A stretch of DNA of 64,000 nucleotides, from NCBI RefSeq assembly GCF_018350175.1, contig NC_058369.1, positions 11,780,001-11,844,000 on the forward strand. The letters are read 5' to 3'. The DNA is from Felis catus. Lineage: Eukaryota. Positions within the stretch are counted from its first letter, which is position 1. The number at the start of each line of letters is the position of its first letter. The position numbers were made by a program, and so were the translations under genes. The notes beneath the pieces are model-generated. The model was not told where the DNA came from. It saw nothing but the letters and a program-made list of their open reading frames with translations, and made no database searches. Positions 47,912-59,948 of the stretch are shown in pieces.

Positions 47912-48871
47912 TCAGGAGCTCTGGGGATGGAGTCTTCTGAGGAAGGTCTTGGTCATGGCTGTCTTCAGCTCCTTGTTCCTGAGACTGAAGATGATGGGGC
48001 TGAAGAAGGGGGTGAGGACCGTGTAGGTGATGCCCATCAGGGTGTCTCCTTCCAGAGACTGGGGACCCTTGGGCTTGAGGTAGACGACAGAGGCAAAGCC
48101 GTAGTGCACAATGACCACAGTGAGGTGGGACGCACAGGTGGAGAAGGCCTTGTGCCGGCCCTCAGCTGAGGGGATCCTCAAGATGGCGGCCACAATGAAG
48201 GCATAGGAGAGGAGGATGAGGAGACAGCAGCCCAGCAGGGCCATGATGCACACCAGCCCCACGCCCTTGGCCACTACTGGTACATCAGTTCCACAGGCCA
48301 GCTTCACCACAGGAGGCACGTGGCAGAAAAAATGGTGGATCTCATTGGGTCCACAGAAGGTGAGGTGGAAAACGGCCGTGGTCACCAACAGCCCCATGAC
48401 CGAGCCACCTACCCAGGACCAGGCCACCAGGCAGGCACAGCCGCGGGGGCTCATGAGCACATTGTAGCGCAGGGGGTGGCAGATGGCCACGTAGCGGTCA
48501 TAGCCCATGACGGTGAGCAGGAAGGAGTGGGTGAAGCCAAACGTGAAGGAGAAAAACATCTGGCTGGCACAGGCCGCCCAGGTGATGGTGCGGCGGGTGG
48601 AGAGCAGGTCGGCCAGCAGGCGCGGGGTGATGGCCAAGGTGTAGAGGATCTCAGAGGTGGACAGGGTGCACAGGAAGAGGTACATGGGCGTGTGCAGGCT
48701 ACGCTCGCTCCAGACTGTGGCCATGATGAGCAGGTTCCCCAGCAGCGTGAACAGGTACATGAGCAGGAACAGCAGGAAGAAGGCGGGCAGGAGATGCCTT
48801 GGGAAGGTGGAGAAGCCCACGAGGATGAATTCAGACACGGAGCTGTGGTTTTGGCCCAGCGTGGCGGCCAT
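47912..48871 (-). CDS. OR10H2-like: Intact olfactory receptor, OR10H subfamily, 319 aa
   Basis: Single-exon ORF with all OR motifs; N-glycosylation sequon NHS; acceptor ctctccccacccag two bases upstream of the ATG. Exact orthologue uncertain because of gene conversion. Confidence 0.95.
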   Translation of the reverse strand: MAATLGQNHSSVSEFILVGFSTFPRHLLPAFFLLFLLMYLFTLLGNLLIMATVWSERSLHTPMYLFLCTLSTSEILYTLAITPRLLADLLSTRRTITWAACASQMFFSFTFGFTHSFLLTVMGYDRYVAICHPLRYNVLMSPRGCACLVAWSWVGGSVMGLLVTTAVFHLTFCGPNEIHHFFCHVPPVVKLACGTDVPVVAKGVGLVCIMALLGCCLLILLSYAFIVAAILRIPSAEGRHKAFSTCASHLTVVIVHYGFASVVYLKPKGPQSLEGDTLMGITYTVLTPFFSPIIFSLRNKELKTAMTKTFLRRLHPQSS

Positions 48872-49869
48872 CCCTGGGTGGGGAGAGAGCGAGGGCGGCC
48901 AGGTGGGCGGGAGCTATGGGTGTGTGCTGAGCCCAGCCTGGGAGGACTTCCCCGAGGAGGTACCCCCTCACCCCACAGGCCATGGCCAGTCCCTCGGCCA
49001 CAGGCTGCTCATGAGGACGGTCAGCGCTCCTCTGAGCTGCGCGGGGTTCACGGAAGATTGTGGGCCTCAAGTGCTTAGCGCTGATCCTGGTGCACGGTAA
49101 GAACTCAGGACATGATGATAATAATAATACTGTTAATAATAATGGCTACTAGTATTTTAAAATCCCAGTGATAGGAGCTCTGGGTCTCTACTCAGCCACA
49201 CCTGGATTGAGTTGCCACTAGCTTGTCAGTGCCTCCAATCATTGTGCTAATAGGGAATGGAAAAATAAAGAAAAACACAATTCAGTCTTCTTTTTTAAAA
49301 CAGTGATTATGCTGGGGTCTCCCATGAAATATTTTGAATTGGAACAACCTGCTGCTGGTTGGTGTTCCATCTTTGAAAGGACAGTGCAAACCTCGCCATC
49401 ATGTGTCCTGTAGGCTGCATCTCCTTAGTGCCTGCCAGGCTTGCTAAGTATTATGGGGTGGCTTTTCTCTCTTTTTAGACAAAACTCTACCATGTTATCT
49501 GCCTAAGTTAAATAAAGTTGAGACGTTGCTTTAAAACACTCTTGCAACACCAACACCAACCACAACAACATTGGGTTGGTTCCTTAAACTTTTGAGCCTC
49601 AGTTTCCACCTCCATAAAGGAAGTTGATCATAATAATGTCTGGCTGACAAGGTTGTTATGAGAAGTAAGATTATGCGCTTAATGTACTTACTTTGGGGTG
49701 TGAAATAGAGTAAACACTAGAGACGCTGAGAATGAGGAAGGGCGTGAATGACCAGAATCAGAATCCCTTAAAATGTAGCAACTTATGGTTGTATCTCTCT
49801 CTTTCTAGAGAGAGCATGGAAGCTGGGGAGAAGGGCAAGGGAGAGAGAGAGAGAATCTTTTCTTTGGGA

Positions 49870-49896
49870 GCTTATTTATTTATTTTGAGACAGAGA

Positions 49897-49929
<33 letters not shown>

Positions 49930-50086
49930 GGAAGGGCAGAGAGAGAGGGAGAGAGAGAATCCCAAGCAGGCTCCACACTGTCAATGCAGAGCTTAATGCA
50001 GGGCTCGATCTCATGAACCATGAGACCATGACCTGAGCCAAAACTAAGAGCCAGATGCTCAACTGGCTAAGCCACCCAGGTGCCCC
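49870..50086 (-). mobile_element. Can-SINE
   Basis: SINEC body in reverse orientation with long (GA)n. Confidence 0.88.
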
Positions 50087-50469
50087 TGTATCTCTTTTTT
50101 GATTATGCATTTAATGCATTTACCACTTTTGTAATTCCTGGTGTTTCTGTCACATTATTTAATACACACACACACACAGCTCAAGTATATATACACATGT
50201 ATGTGTATATATATGTGCAAAAGCTAATATATACTTATATACATATATTTAACTTGTATAAATATACACAAACATGCATACACTCCTATTCAATACACCA
50301 AACAACACAATAAAACAAAACAAACAAAAAAAAACCCCAACACTAGGAGCATGGACCTATCACCAAAAAAGACCATGTGTGAGGCCATAAAGGAAGTGCA
50401 GGTGGATTCCATTCCCAAGTACCAATACCCAAAGCCCCAGATATCTGACCATTTGGCAATACAACTGAA

Positions 50470-52034
50470 CTTTAATAAGAAAAGGACCCCTCAAAATTCC
50501 CATGTATTTAGAATGTAAATATTGGGTGAACCATTTGACAATGCCAAAGTAACATATTAGTCGTTAATCATCTGGCTAAAAGGGAAATTAAGAGATACTT
50601 AGAAGTGAATGATAATGCAAACTTGAAATAACAACTACATGAAATGGATTGTGTCCTGGAATAGAAATAGGATATTAGTGGAGAGTCGAAAGAATTCTAG
50701 TAAGAGCTGTTGTTTGCTATATAGTGCTATATAATGTTATATACCAGCATTCGTGCCCTGGGTCTCATCATTGTCCTGGTTCTGGAAGATCCTGGCATTC
50801 AAAGGGGTTGGTGGGGGGAGGATGAGAGTTTTCTGTATGCTTTTTGCAGCTTTCTCATAAGTTTAAAATTGGTTAATAATAAAACATTACAAAATAAGGT
50901 ATCATTCAAAGTTGCACAAAACCTGACAACAGTCTAGGAATTACTTTAAGCAAGTACACACAGGAGCTTCATGGAGAACTATGAGACCTCTAACAGACAG
51001 GAAACATGACAGATGACCTAACAAAATGGATGAAAGCAAAAGACAATATCAGAAAGATGTTCATTCTTCCCCAAATTTAATCTATACATTCAATGTAATG
51101 CCCTCAAAAACATCCAGTTGGACTCTTGAGAAAGAGGATAAACATATTGCAAAATGTTTGTCAAAAATAAGGACCCATGAATAACTGAGTCCATCTGGAA
51201 ATGAAGAATGACAGGAGGTGGGGGGAGACTGCACTCTGTAGACACGCGACAGCATCTTGGAAACAAAGCAGTGTGGGATCAGTGCAAGGACAGTGACCAG
51301 TGGTTCTGGAATCAGAGCTCGGAGACAGAGCCATTCATGTATGGTTAAGGTCACAGCACAAATCATTTGGAAAAAAGGTGAATTGTTTAGGGGATGCTGT
51401 TGAGGAAAGTATCTCTCTCTACAAACAAAAACCACAACTAGACTCCCAATACCCCACCAAAAAGAGAATCAAGATAGATTGAAAACATAATTGTGAAAGA
51501 TAAAAACATAGCTAATGACAGCAAGTGTAATAGGATCTTTGTGCTCCAAGAACAGGAAACACGTTCCTTAAAAAGAAAAAAGAGCGCAAACCTTCAGTAA
51601 AAAAGATCCATTCTTTTACATGGAAATTCTGAATCCTTTTAACAAAGAGCATCATGGATAAAGGTTACAGATGACAGAGAACAGAGAGCTACTTGCTGCA
51701 TAAGTTCCTGAGCTCTGCCGTTCAACCTACAAGCTAGAGTTAACAAGACGATAGTGCACAATTAAACACTTGTTAAGAACATAGACGCCAATATTGTATT
51801 CTCATCATCAAACTCGCTAAGAGACGAGATCTTATTTATCCCCAACACTAAAACAGACATGATGATCACGTGACCTGATAGACATGCTAGCTATTAGCGC
51901 AATGGCGATCGCATTATAATGAATAAACATACCAACTCAACACACGGTACACCTTAAATTCACACAAGTTTATTTGTCAACTATATTTCAATAAAAAAGA
52001 ACTTGTTAAGAGGGTAGATGTCCTTTAAAGTTAC

Positions 52035-52074
<40 letters not shown>

Positions 52075-52260
52075 GGGGACATGAGGAATCTTTGGAGGCG
52101 GTACATAACATTTATTACCTTGGTTGTGCGGATGGTATCACAATTGTAGGCGTATGTCCAAAGTCATCAAAAGGTACACGTTAAATAAATATATGCAGCT
52201 CTTTGTATATTATGTATACCTCGATCAAGCTGAAAAGAACCCATTGACAAGAGAGTAATA
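50470..52260 (+). mobile_element. Nested old L1 fragments (L1M ORF2 remnant plus L1MA/MC 3' ends)
   Basis: Degenerate ORF2 text (ccccaaatttaatctatacattcaatgtaatgccc) and several 3'UTR termini. Confidence 0.7.
52037..52070. repeat. (CA)n microsatellite
   Basis: Read directly. Confidence 0.95.
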
Positions 52261-52452
52261 TCTAGAATCTACAGTGAGAAAAAAGAGAAATGAGGAAACC
52301 AATGAGGAAAAGGACAGGCATCATGATAGAAAGTGGGCAAGAGGGGGGCACAGGTGATCTGCAGCTGAGGAAACGCACTAGGCCAGCAGCAAACAAGGAC
52401 ATGAGCAGCTCATTAGCAAGGAGAGGAATTCGGTTTACCACAGCAACACTCA

Positions 52453-52665
52453 GGACGCCTGGGTGGCTCAGTAGGGTAAGCGTCCTTGTCTTGGTTTCAG
52501 TTCAGGGCGTGATCTCATGGTCCGTGAGTTCGAGCCCCGCATTGGGCTCTGCTCTGATGGGGTGGAGCCTGTTTGGGATTCTCTGCCCCTCCCCTGCTCA
52601 TGCTCGCTCTCTCTGTCTGTCTGTCTCTCTCTCAATAAATGAATAAACATTAAAAAAATAATAAA
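52453..52665 (+). mobile_element. Can-SINE
   Basis: tRNA-derived head, (CT)n, A tail. Confidence 0.88.
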
Positions 52666-53881
52666 ACAGCAACAATCTGTGAACACAGTGGGTGCAGGCC
52701 TCCCATCCGCTTGCTAGAGCGGCAAGACTTAGAAATCTGGATCCGCCCTGTGTTGGCCCAGATGTGAGATGAGTAGACTGAAGACGTCCTCACTTGGTGG
52801 TTCACGGCCAGATTAAGGGGACACTTACCCAAGGTCCCGCAAACACTTCCAGATCTCCATCTGAAACTCAGCTCAGCGAGGGGACGTGGTCAAGCCATTC
52901 ATGGCAGCCTTGTCTGTGATGGCAGACAGTCAGGGGCAGTCAGAGACACCTCCACCCTCACCTGGGGGCAGGGCCAAGTAACATGGGGTGGGCGTGAGCC
53001 ACGAAGCTCTACGCGGCATATAGAAAAAACAAACCTGACAGCCACAGAGCACAGGGGATGGCTCTGAAGCCGCAGCTCTGGTGAAAAATTGGGAAAGAGG
53101 TACACACAGGTATGCGTATTTATATCTGCATCACTGACACATGCATCTCGATGATACATACTAATATATCCATGATACACAATCTGTCATTTACCTATAT
53201 CACTGAGATTTGATGACAAGGCTTCAAATACTTACCTTGGGGCAGGGCTCACCCCCATATCACAACACTGCTTCTGCCCCCTCACCCAGCCCCCAGAAGG
53301 TTGTCACCAAGCGTTATCTCAGAGCCAAGTCAGCCAATGCTTGGAGGACCCAGAACCCCACCTGGAAAGTGGATGATTGGGCTGGGTGTCAGGATGGGGT
53401 CTCTCTCTCATGCAGGAAAGAAGCATTTGGGGGCAGCAGGGGCCTGGGGCGGCCCAGCAATCCCGGGGCACCAGACTCAGCTCCTCCTGGACCTCATCCC
53501 TCAGCCACCATCTCTGGCCCCCACTGCTGGCCTCTGTGTGCCATGGTCTAGCCCTGGCTCTGGCCTCACGCCCCATCTGCTGGTGCACTGTGCCCGCTGA
53601 CCTCCCCTGTCGACTCCACCCTCCTCTGGCTGCCAGACTCCAGCTCCTGACACAGACACACCTTGTGGAGTCATGCCAACCCGGGGTCCAGGGCAATCTC
53701 TGCTCTGCAGGCGAGTGCCCCCTACCCACCTCCTATCCCCACCCCCTTGGGGAGCCCACCCCTTCCTCCCTCCTGGTTACGAACAGGCTCCCAAGCATGT
53801 GCTCTGAAATCCACAAATAGTACCATAAAAGGGGTCTCTCTTGGCTCCGGGTCTCTCTCTGGCACTGGTTCGGGCACTCAC

Positions 53882-53943
53882 CCTTCCCAGAACAGCCCCA
53901 CTGCATATGCTGCAAGGGAGCTCCCCAAGTCAGTTGTATAGGT
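53882..53943 (-). other. Possible 5' non-coding exon of the OR10H gene at 47912-48871
   Basis: Minus-strand acceptor cctctctcccccgttaagtccag and donor AGG|GTGAGT; O/E-like CCCCTTGGGGA at 53743; about 5 kb upstream of the ATG. Confidence 0.25.
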
Positions 53944-54324
53944 CTGGACTTAACGGGGGAGAGAGGCCCACCTTCTAGCTCTGGGCTCTCAGCCAGAACC
54001 CCCAGCCAGAGCACACGCAGGCTGGCTCCCAGATCCTGCTCCTGTACCCTTCCACCTCCAGGGGACACTATGGATCCCACTCTGCTCTCTCTGCTTCCAC
54101 GCCACTGTCAGAGACTCAAGACTGTGCTCACAGGAGCACAAGCAGACAGAGCCAACACCAATGCACATGTACACATGGCTTCTGAAATACACACGGGCAG
54201 TGGAACCCAGCAAACACACAGCCAGGAGCAGAGACACTTGCTGGCTCTGCAACCCATCTACTGAGCACTAACCAGTGCCTGGAGCTTGTCTGGGACTGGG
54301 ATAAGCCAGGGACACACAGACACT

Positions 54325-54757
54325 GTGGTGGGTTGTATAGCATCCCCCTCAAATTCACATCCACTGGAACCTCAGAATGTGACCTTATTTGGAAATAGGG
54401 TCTTGGCAGATATAATCAAGGTAAGACTCAAGGTGAGACCGTACTGGGTAAAGGTGAGACCTAAATCTAATGGCTGGTGTCCTCACAGGAATAGGAGGGG
54501 ACACACAGAGGGAGGCAGGCTGTGTGCAGACAGAGGCAGGTATTGGGGTGATGCGGCCGCAGGCAAGGAACGGCTGGGGTCACCAGAAGCTGGAAGAGGC
54601 CAGGAAAGATTCTGTCCTGGAGACTCTGGAGGGAGCATGGCCCTGCGGAAACCATGGTTTTGGATTGTAGCCTCCAGAACTGTGAGGATAAATTTCTGCT
54701 GTTTAAAGCCACCTGGTTGTGGTCCTCTGTGACGGCAGCCCCAGGAAACAGATCCAG
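54325..54757 (+). mobile_element. MLT1 (MaLR) solo LTR
   Basis: tgtggtgggttgtat...gaatgtgaccttatttggaaatagggtctt...ctccagaactgtgaggataaatttctgctgtttaaagccac. Confidence 0.85.
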
Positions 54758-56634
54758 GCAAATGCAGCTGCATGTACACAAACACTGCACGCAGAAGCAG
54801 GCATTGTGCTGCAGAAATGAGCCCACGTGCATGGTGACAAGCCCAGGGTCACCCTTCTGGCTCAACCTGGTGCAGAGACTACTTCCTGCCTGGGAATGGA
54901 CCCTGACAATCCCTGACTGCTGTGGGTCCAGGCTTTGGGGGAAGGAGGCAGCATGGGTCAGGTTGGGACCAGGTTGCTGGGGCCATAACCCCTGCCCCCA
55001 TCCGACTCCCCACCCCTTCCTCCAGCCAGAGCCTCCCTCTGCTCTGGCTTCCCGTGGTCGCCACAATTTCCCCCTTCAGCTCCCACCTTGCTTGCTACCT
55101 GTTCCTGGGAAACCGAGTTCCTCTCTCCTGGCGTGAAGACTGTCTGGGATGCTCTGTTTGCAGCCCAGCCTGGGGCCACCCCTCCTGCTGCTTGGTGAGC
55201 AGGGCAGGAGCTCTATCTCCGCAGGTGCCTCCCCTGAGGCGGGTTTCCTGGGAGCCTCTCCCCTGAGACTGGGATGCGGGTTAGAACTCCTCCATGTCCA
55301 AGGAGGCTGCTGGGGCCCTGGGAATGCCCCTTCCTCTGTGGATATTTCTCTCTCTCCTTCCTCCCTCCTTCCCTCCCACTCCCTCTCTTCTTCCCCACTA
55401 GTCATTCCACCCTTCTGTCATCCTCTCTCCTTCCTTCATCCATCCATCACATCCTCACTGAGCTCTAGCTAAGGGACCCGCTCTGAATCTTGGGATCCGA
55501 AACAACACTGATGTAACCTGGCACTAAAAAAACCCTCAGTGTGGGGACAGGAAGAGCTGGATGCAGACATATCACATTTTATAAAATGGAACAACACAAT
55601 TATGACATACTATAATATATAATATACTGTGGTTGCACCAGAACAATATTTATTCAGTAAGTTGAGTGTTGTAGTCAACTAACAAATATTTAGTAAACTT
55701 CTACTATGTGCCAAGTGGGTTTTTCTTTTGATATTGATTTCAAAGCTTTTTGTCCTGTTTTAAAAGTAGTGCCCAAAAGGAAAGGCATTATAATTTGTGA
55801 ACTAAATTATACATGTTGCATTTCATTAGCTTAGTAGTTGGAACCACTTAGTCTTCAGCCACAAGACTACTTGTTAGAGTACCAAGGAAAAAATGTTATT
55901 TGTGCTTTGAGATTGGTCACGGAAAAGAAAATAGCAACAAGCAGTAAAAAGATGAATTTAAACATACTGTAACATTATTACATATGTGTTATATACACTT
56001 ACGTATATATGTTCACATGTGTATATACACATCCATTCTAATGGTTCTGTTTTTCTGGGGAACCCTGACTAACACAAAAACCTTAAAAGAAAAAGAGGCC
56101 TTGTAAAAATGTCCCTCTTCCATCTAAAGAGATGAGACCCAGACCTCAGGATCCCTGGTGGTTTGTCCTGTGGGTAAGCATTTCCCCCAGTTCAGCCCCT
56201 GCAACTCAGCGTCTCTCTGAGGATGTGCGTGATGCTGTGTCTTTACTCTAACGCAGGGGCCCCATCACACAGGAGGGTGAGCATCCCTCCTGAGTCACAC
56301 GGTCCACGTCGAGCACGGAGACCGTTCCTGCTGTCCTCCAGCTCCTGCTCTGATAGTGTCGGTTGAGGGCACACCGCACCCCAGGCCCTGTGCTGGGGCC
56401 CCTGCAGCTACACGGTCAGGTGAGTCCTCAAAACACACCCCAATGAGCAAACCCTGCAGCTGGGCTACCGGGACTCCTTCACCTTTGTTGACTGAATTCC
56501 AAGGACATTCAGCACTTCTCAAGAGCCATCTCAACGCCCCAGGTCTTCTCCACAAAGAAGAATGGTCTAAGAATCTGGCTTGAAACTAATTGTAAAGTGA
56601 AACCCAATAACATTTAATGTCAAGATGCCATTTC

Positions 56635-57125
56635 ACGAGTCAGTTCCTGGGGCCGCTGTAACAAAGCATATAAACCTTGTGCCCTGAAACCACACACATC
56701 TGTCCTCTTCTATGCTGGAGGCCAGAATCAAATCAGGGTCACCAGGTGTGAGTCCAGGTGTGAGCAGGGCTGCATCCTTCAGGGGATCCAGGGAGGGATG
56801 TGTCTCCTGCTTTCCCAGCTTCGAGGGCACCACGCATCCCCTGGCTCGGCTCGTGGTTCCTGCCTCAGCTACTCCAATTCCTCCTTCCGGTGTCACATCC
56901 CCTGCTGGTCCCTGTCTCTGGCCCCTCCTGCCCCCTTGTATAAGGACACTTGCAATTATAGCAGCCCATCTGGGTGATGAGGGCAATCCCCCTGTCTCAG
57001 ATCTTAACTGCATCTCATCTGCACACTCTCTCTTGCTGGGTAAGGGAACGCAGCCACAGGCTCTGGAGAAGCACATCCTGTGTGTGTGTGTGGCGGGGGG
57101 CGGGGGGGTTGTGGGGGCATCCGTC
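56635..57125 (-). mobile_element. MLT1 (MaLR) solo LTR
   Basis: Reverse MLT1 text (ggggccgctgtaacaaag...ctggaggccag...tataaggacacttg...atcttaact...tctgca). Confidence 0.8.
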
Positions 57126-58431
57126 AGTAACACCGATAATGAGTAAATGATGAATGGAACCCCCAAACTGCCTTAGCCGGTTTTGCCAAGCTCTCGTTGT
57201 CAGTGTTCATGAGACAAAGTGTCTCATAAACTCCTCTGGAGTCCGTGTTTCCCTCTGGCTGTGTGAAAGGGGTGTGTGCCTAGGGCTGCACCTGCCCTCC
57301 TTCTCTGAAAGGGTTCTCTTCCTTCTAATGACAACCTTCTCCTCCTAGTCATGACCTCACTTCTCTCTGTAGACACCTGAGAGAGGGGGGCTCCTGGTCA
57401 CCAATTGCACACACATGCACATTGTATTCGATTCCTGCTCCCTGCCTTCATGGCACTGTGGCCTGGGACAAATTATCTATCACATTTGCATTTTCCACAT
57501 TTCAAAAATGTTATTAGTGATATATGTGGGTCATATCTAAATGTGGAGAAAAGATAATTTATTTTGAGGCTTAGAAGAGTGAATGCATAGGAAAGCCTTC
57601 CCACAGCATTTAGCAAGTGGCAGGCCCTCATATGTGGCAGCCATCCTTAGATTAGTATTGTAAAACATCTTCTGACTGCAGCTCAAATATCTGACCACAG
57701 TTTAAGTAAGAATTTACACCAATGGGAGGCCCCCTCCTGGAGCTTCAGACATGGTTTCCCAACTCCAGCATGGGAATCAGACACACCTAAAGTTGCATGT
57801 GACCCCTTCACTCACATGTTGTGTGACCCCCACCAACATTTCTCATCAGCGTAAAGGAGGTACCCACACCCTTGACCTTTCTTTGTGCCATCTTGAGAGA
57901 GCACTGTGTCCTCCAACAGAGCCCGTAGATAGATTTGAGTAAACACAAGAATGAGAAACTGATGTTTTACCAGAAGTATTGTGGGGCAAAAGGGAAAAAG
58001 ATTTCCATAACATGTCAGAGAGCAACACCCTTTAAACATTTTGTATGTTCTTACCCAAACACTGAATCTTCTCCCCTTTCTCTCTCTGTCTCTGTTTCTG
58101 TCTCCATTTCTCTATCTCTCTCTTTTCTTCTACTAAACATTCCGACATCCTTCACTCAACCCAGCTCAAAATAGAAACCTCCTTAGGGTCAATCCCCTCT
58201 AAACACAGCGAGGAAGCGTAAACATTCAACCGTCTCCATGGAGACAAATATTTAATGTTCTTTTGGGCATTTGTTATAATTAGAAGGTAATACTTATACA
58301 ACAGTGGGCACAGTGCCTGATAAGAAAATCCCTGATACTGGAGGCATTTATTATTATGCCTACTTTGATTTATCCTTAAGGTGGTGGAGGAGAAATTCTT
58401 CTCTTGCTTCTGCATTTAAGAAGAACAATGA

Positions 58432-58670
58432 GGGGCGCCTGGGTGGCGCAGTCGGTTAAGCGTCCGACTTCAGCCAGGTCACGATCTCGCGGTCCGTGAG
58501 TTCGAGCCCCGCGTCGGGCTCTGGGCTGATGGCTCAGAGCCTGGAGCCTGTTTCTGATTCTGTGTCTCCCTCTCTCTCTGCCCCTCCCCCGTTCATGCTC
58601 TGTCTCTCTCTGTCCCAAAAATAAATAAACGTTGAAAAAAAAAATTAAAAAAAAAAAAAAAAAAAAAAAA
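58432..58670 (+). mobile_element. Very young felid SINE
   Basis: CpGs intact, long pure A tail; TSD aagaagaacaatg. Confidence 0.96.
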
Positions 58671-58997
58671 AGAAGAACAATGGGCATCAGTGTTGACACA
58701 CATCCATGTCATGTCTCTCACTAGCCAATAGGTAGGTAACACATTCTTAGAAGAGTTAATGGGATGTGGCTCATCACATGGGGTCTTAAACATGAGATCA
58801 TGCTTACTAGAGCCTATACAAGAGATGGGCAATCAAATTGAGGAAAAGCAAAGGTGTAGGATGCCTCCACACATATGGATGCACCCACCAATACCTATTC
58901 AATATTTTCATATATTGAATCACTAAAAAGTCCTATGGAGACATTATTATCCCCAGCCCTTCTGTCATATTTCCTCACCACCATGTCTCCTCCAGTG

Positions 58998-59948
58998 TCA
59001 GGAGCTTAAGGGACTAAATTTTTTCCAGAAGCTTTTCTTTATGGCATTCTTGAGCTCCTTATTCCTGAGACTGAAAATGATCGGGCTGAGAAAGGGGGTG
59101 AAGACTGTATAGGTGGTGGCCATCAGGGTGTTACTGTCCATAGAATGGGGGCCCTTGGGCTTGAGGTAGATAATGGAGGCAAAGCCATAGTGCACAATGA
59201 CCACAGTGAGGTGGGACACACACGTGGAGAAGGTCTTGTGCCTGCCCTCAGCAGAGGGGATCCGCAATATGGCGGCCACGATGAAGACATAGGAGAGGAC
59301 GATGAGGAATAAACAACCCATCAGAGCTGAGACACATACTAGGATCACACCCAAGGTGACAGAGGATGTCTCCTTCCCACAGGTCAACTTTAGAAGGGAA
59401 AGCACGTGGCAGGCAAAATGGTGGATCACATTAGACCCACAGAAGGTGAGGTGAAAAACTATCAGCGTCAACATTATCCCCATGACTGAGCCACCAACCC
59501 AGAACCAAGACACAAGGCGGGCACAGCCACGGTTGCTCATGAGCACATTGTAGCGCAGGGGGTGGCAGATGGCCACGTAGCGGTCGTAGCCCATGATCAT
59601 GAGCAGGAAGGAGTGTGTGAAGCCAAACGTGAAGGAGAAAAACATCTGGCTGGCACAGGCCATCCAGGTGATGGTGCGGTGGGTGGAGAGCATGTCAACC
59701 AGCATGCGAGGGGTGACGGCAACGGTGAACAGAATCTCGGAGGTAGACAGGGCGCAAAGGAAGAGGTACATGGGCGTGTGCAGGCTGCGCTCGCTCCAGA
59801 CCGTGGCCATGATGAGCAGGTTCCCCAGCAGCGTGAACAGGTACATGAGCAGGTACAGCAAGAAGAAAGCAGGCAGGAGATGCCGTGGGAAGTTAGAGAA
59901 TCCCACAAGGATGAACTCAGTCACCACGCTGTAGTTCTGACCAGGCAC
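58998..59948 (-). CDS. OR10H3/4-like: Olfactory receptor, OR10H3/OR10H4-like, 316 codons open, but the conserved start codon is GTG (functional status uncertain)
   Basis: No internal stops. VPGQNYS aligns with recalled MPGQNY/MPSQNYS of human OR10H3/4; motifs CHVLSLLKL, KTFSTCVSHL, MATTYTVFTPFLSPIIFSLRNKELKNAI. The ORF-track extension to 60053 runs through a polypyrimidine tract and AG, so it is probably intronic. Confidence 0.8.
   Translation of the reverse strand: MPGQNYSVVTEFILVGFSNFPRHLLPAFFLLYLLMYLFTLLGNLLIMATVWSERSLHTPMYLFLCALSTSEILFTVAVTPRMLVDMLSTHRTITWMACASQMFFSFTFGFTHSFLLMIMGYDRYVAICHPLRYNVLMSNRGCARLVSWFWVGGSVMGIMLTLIVFHLTFCGSNVIHHFACHVLSLLKLTCGKETSSVTLGVILVCVSALMGCLFLIVLSYVFIVAAILRIPSAEGRHKTFSTCVSHLTVVIVHYGFASIIYLKPKGPHSMDSNTLMATTYTVFTPFLSPIIFSLRNKELKNAIKKSFWKKFSPLSS

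Noticed and set aside
53000-55500. GC-rich region with many overlapping 100-200 aa ORFs; checked for CYP4F exons given the expected synteny
   Set aside because: No P450 motifs; it contains an MLT1 LTR, and the high GC content explains the ORF density
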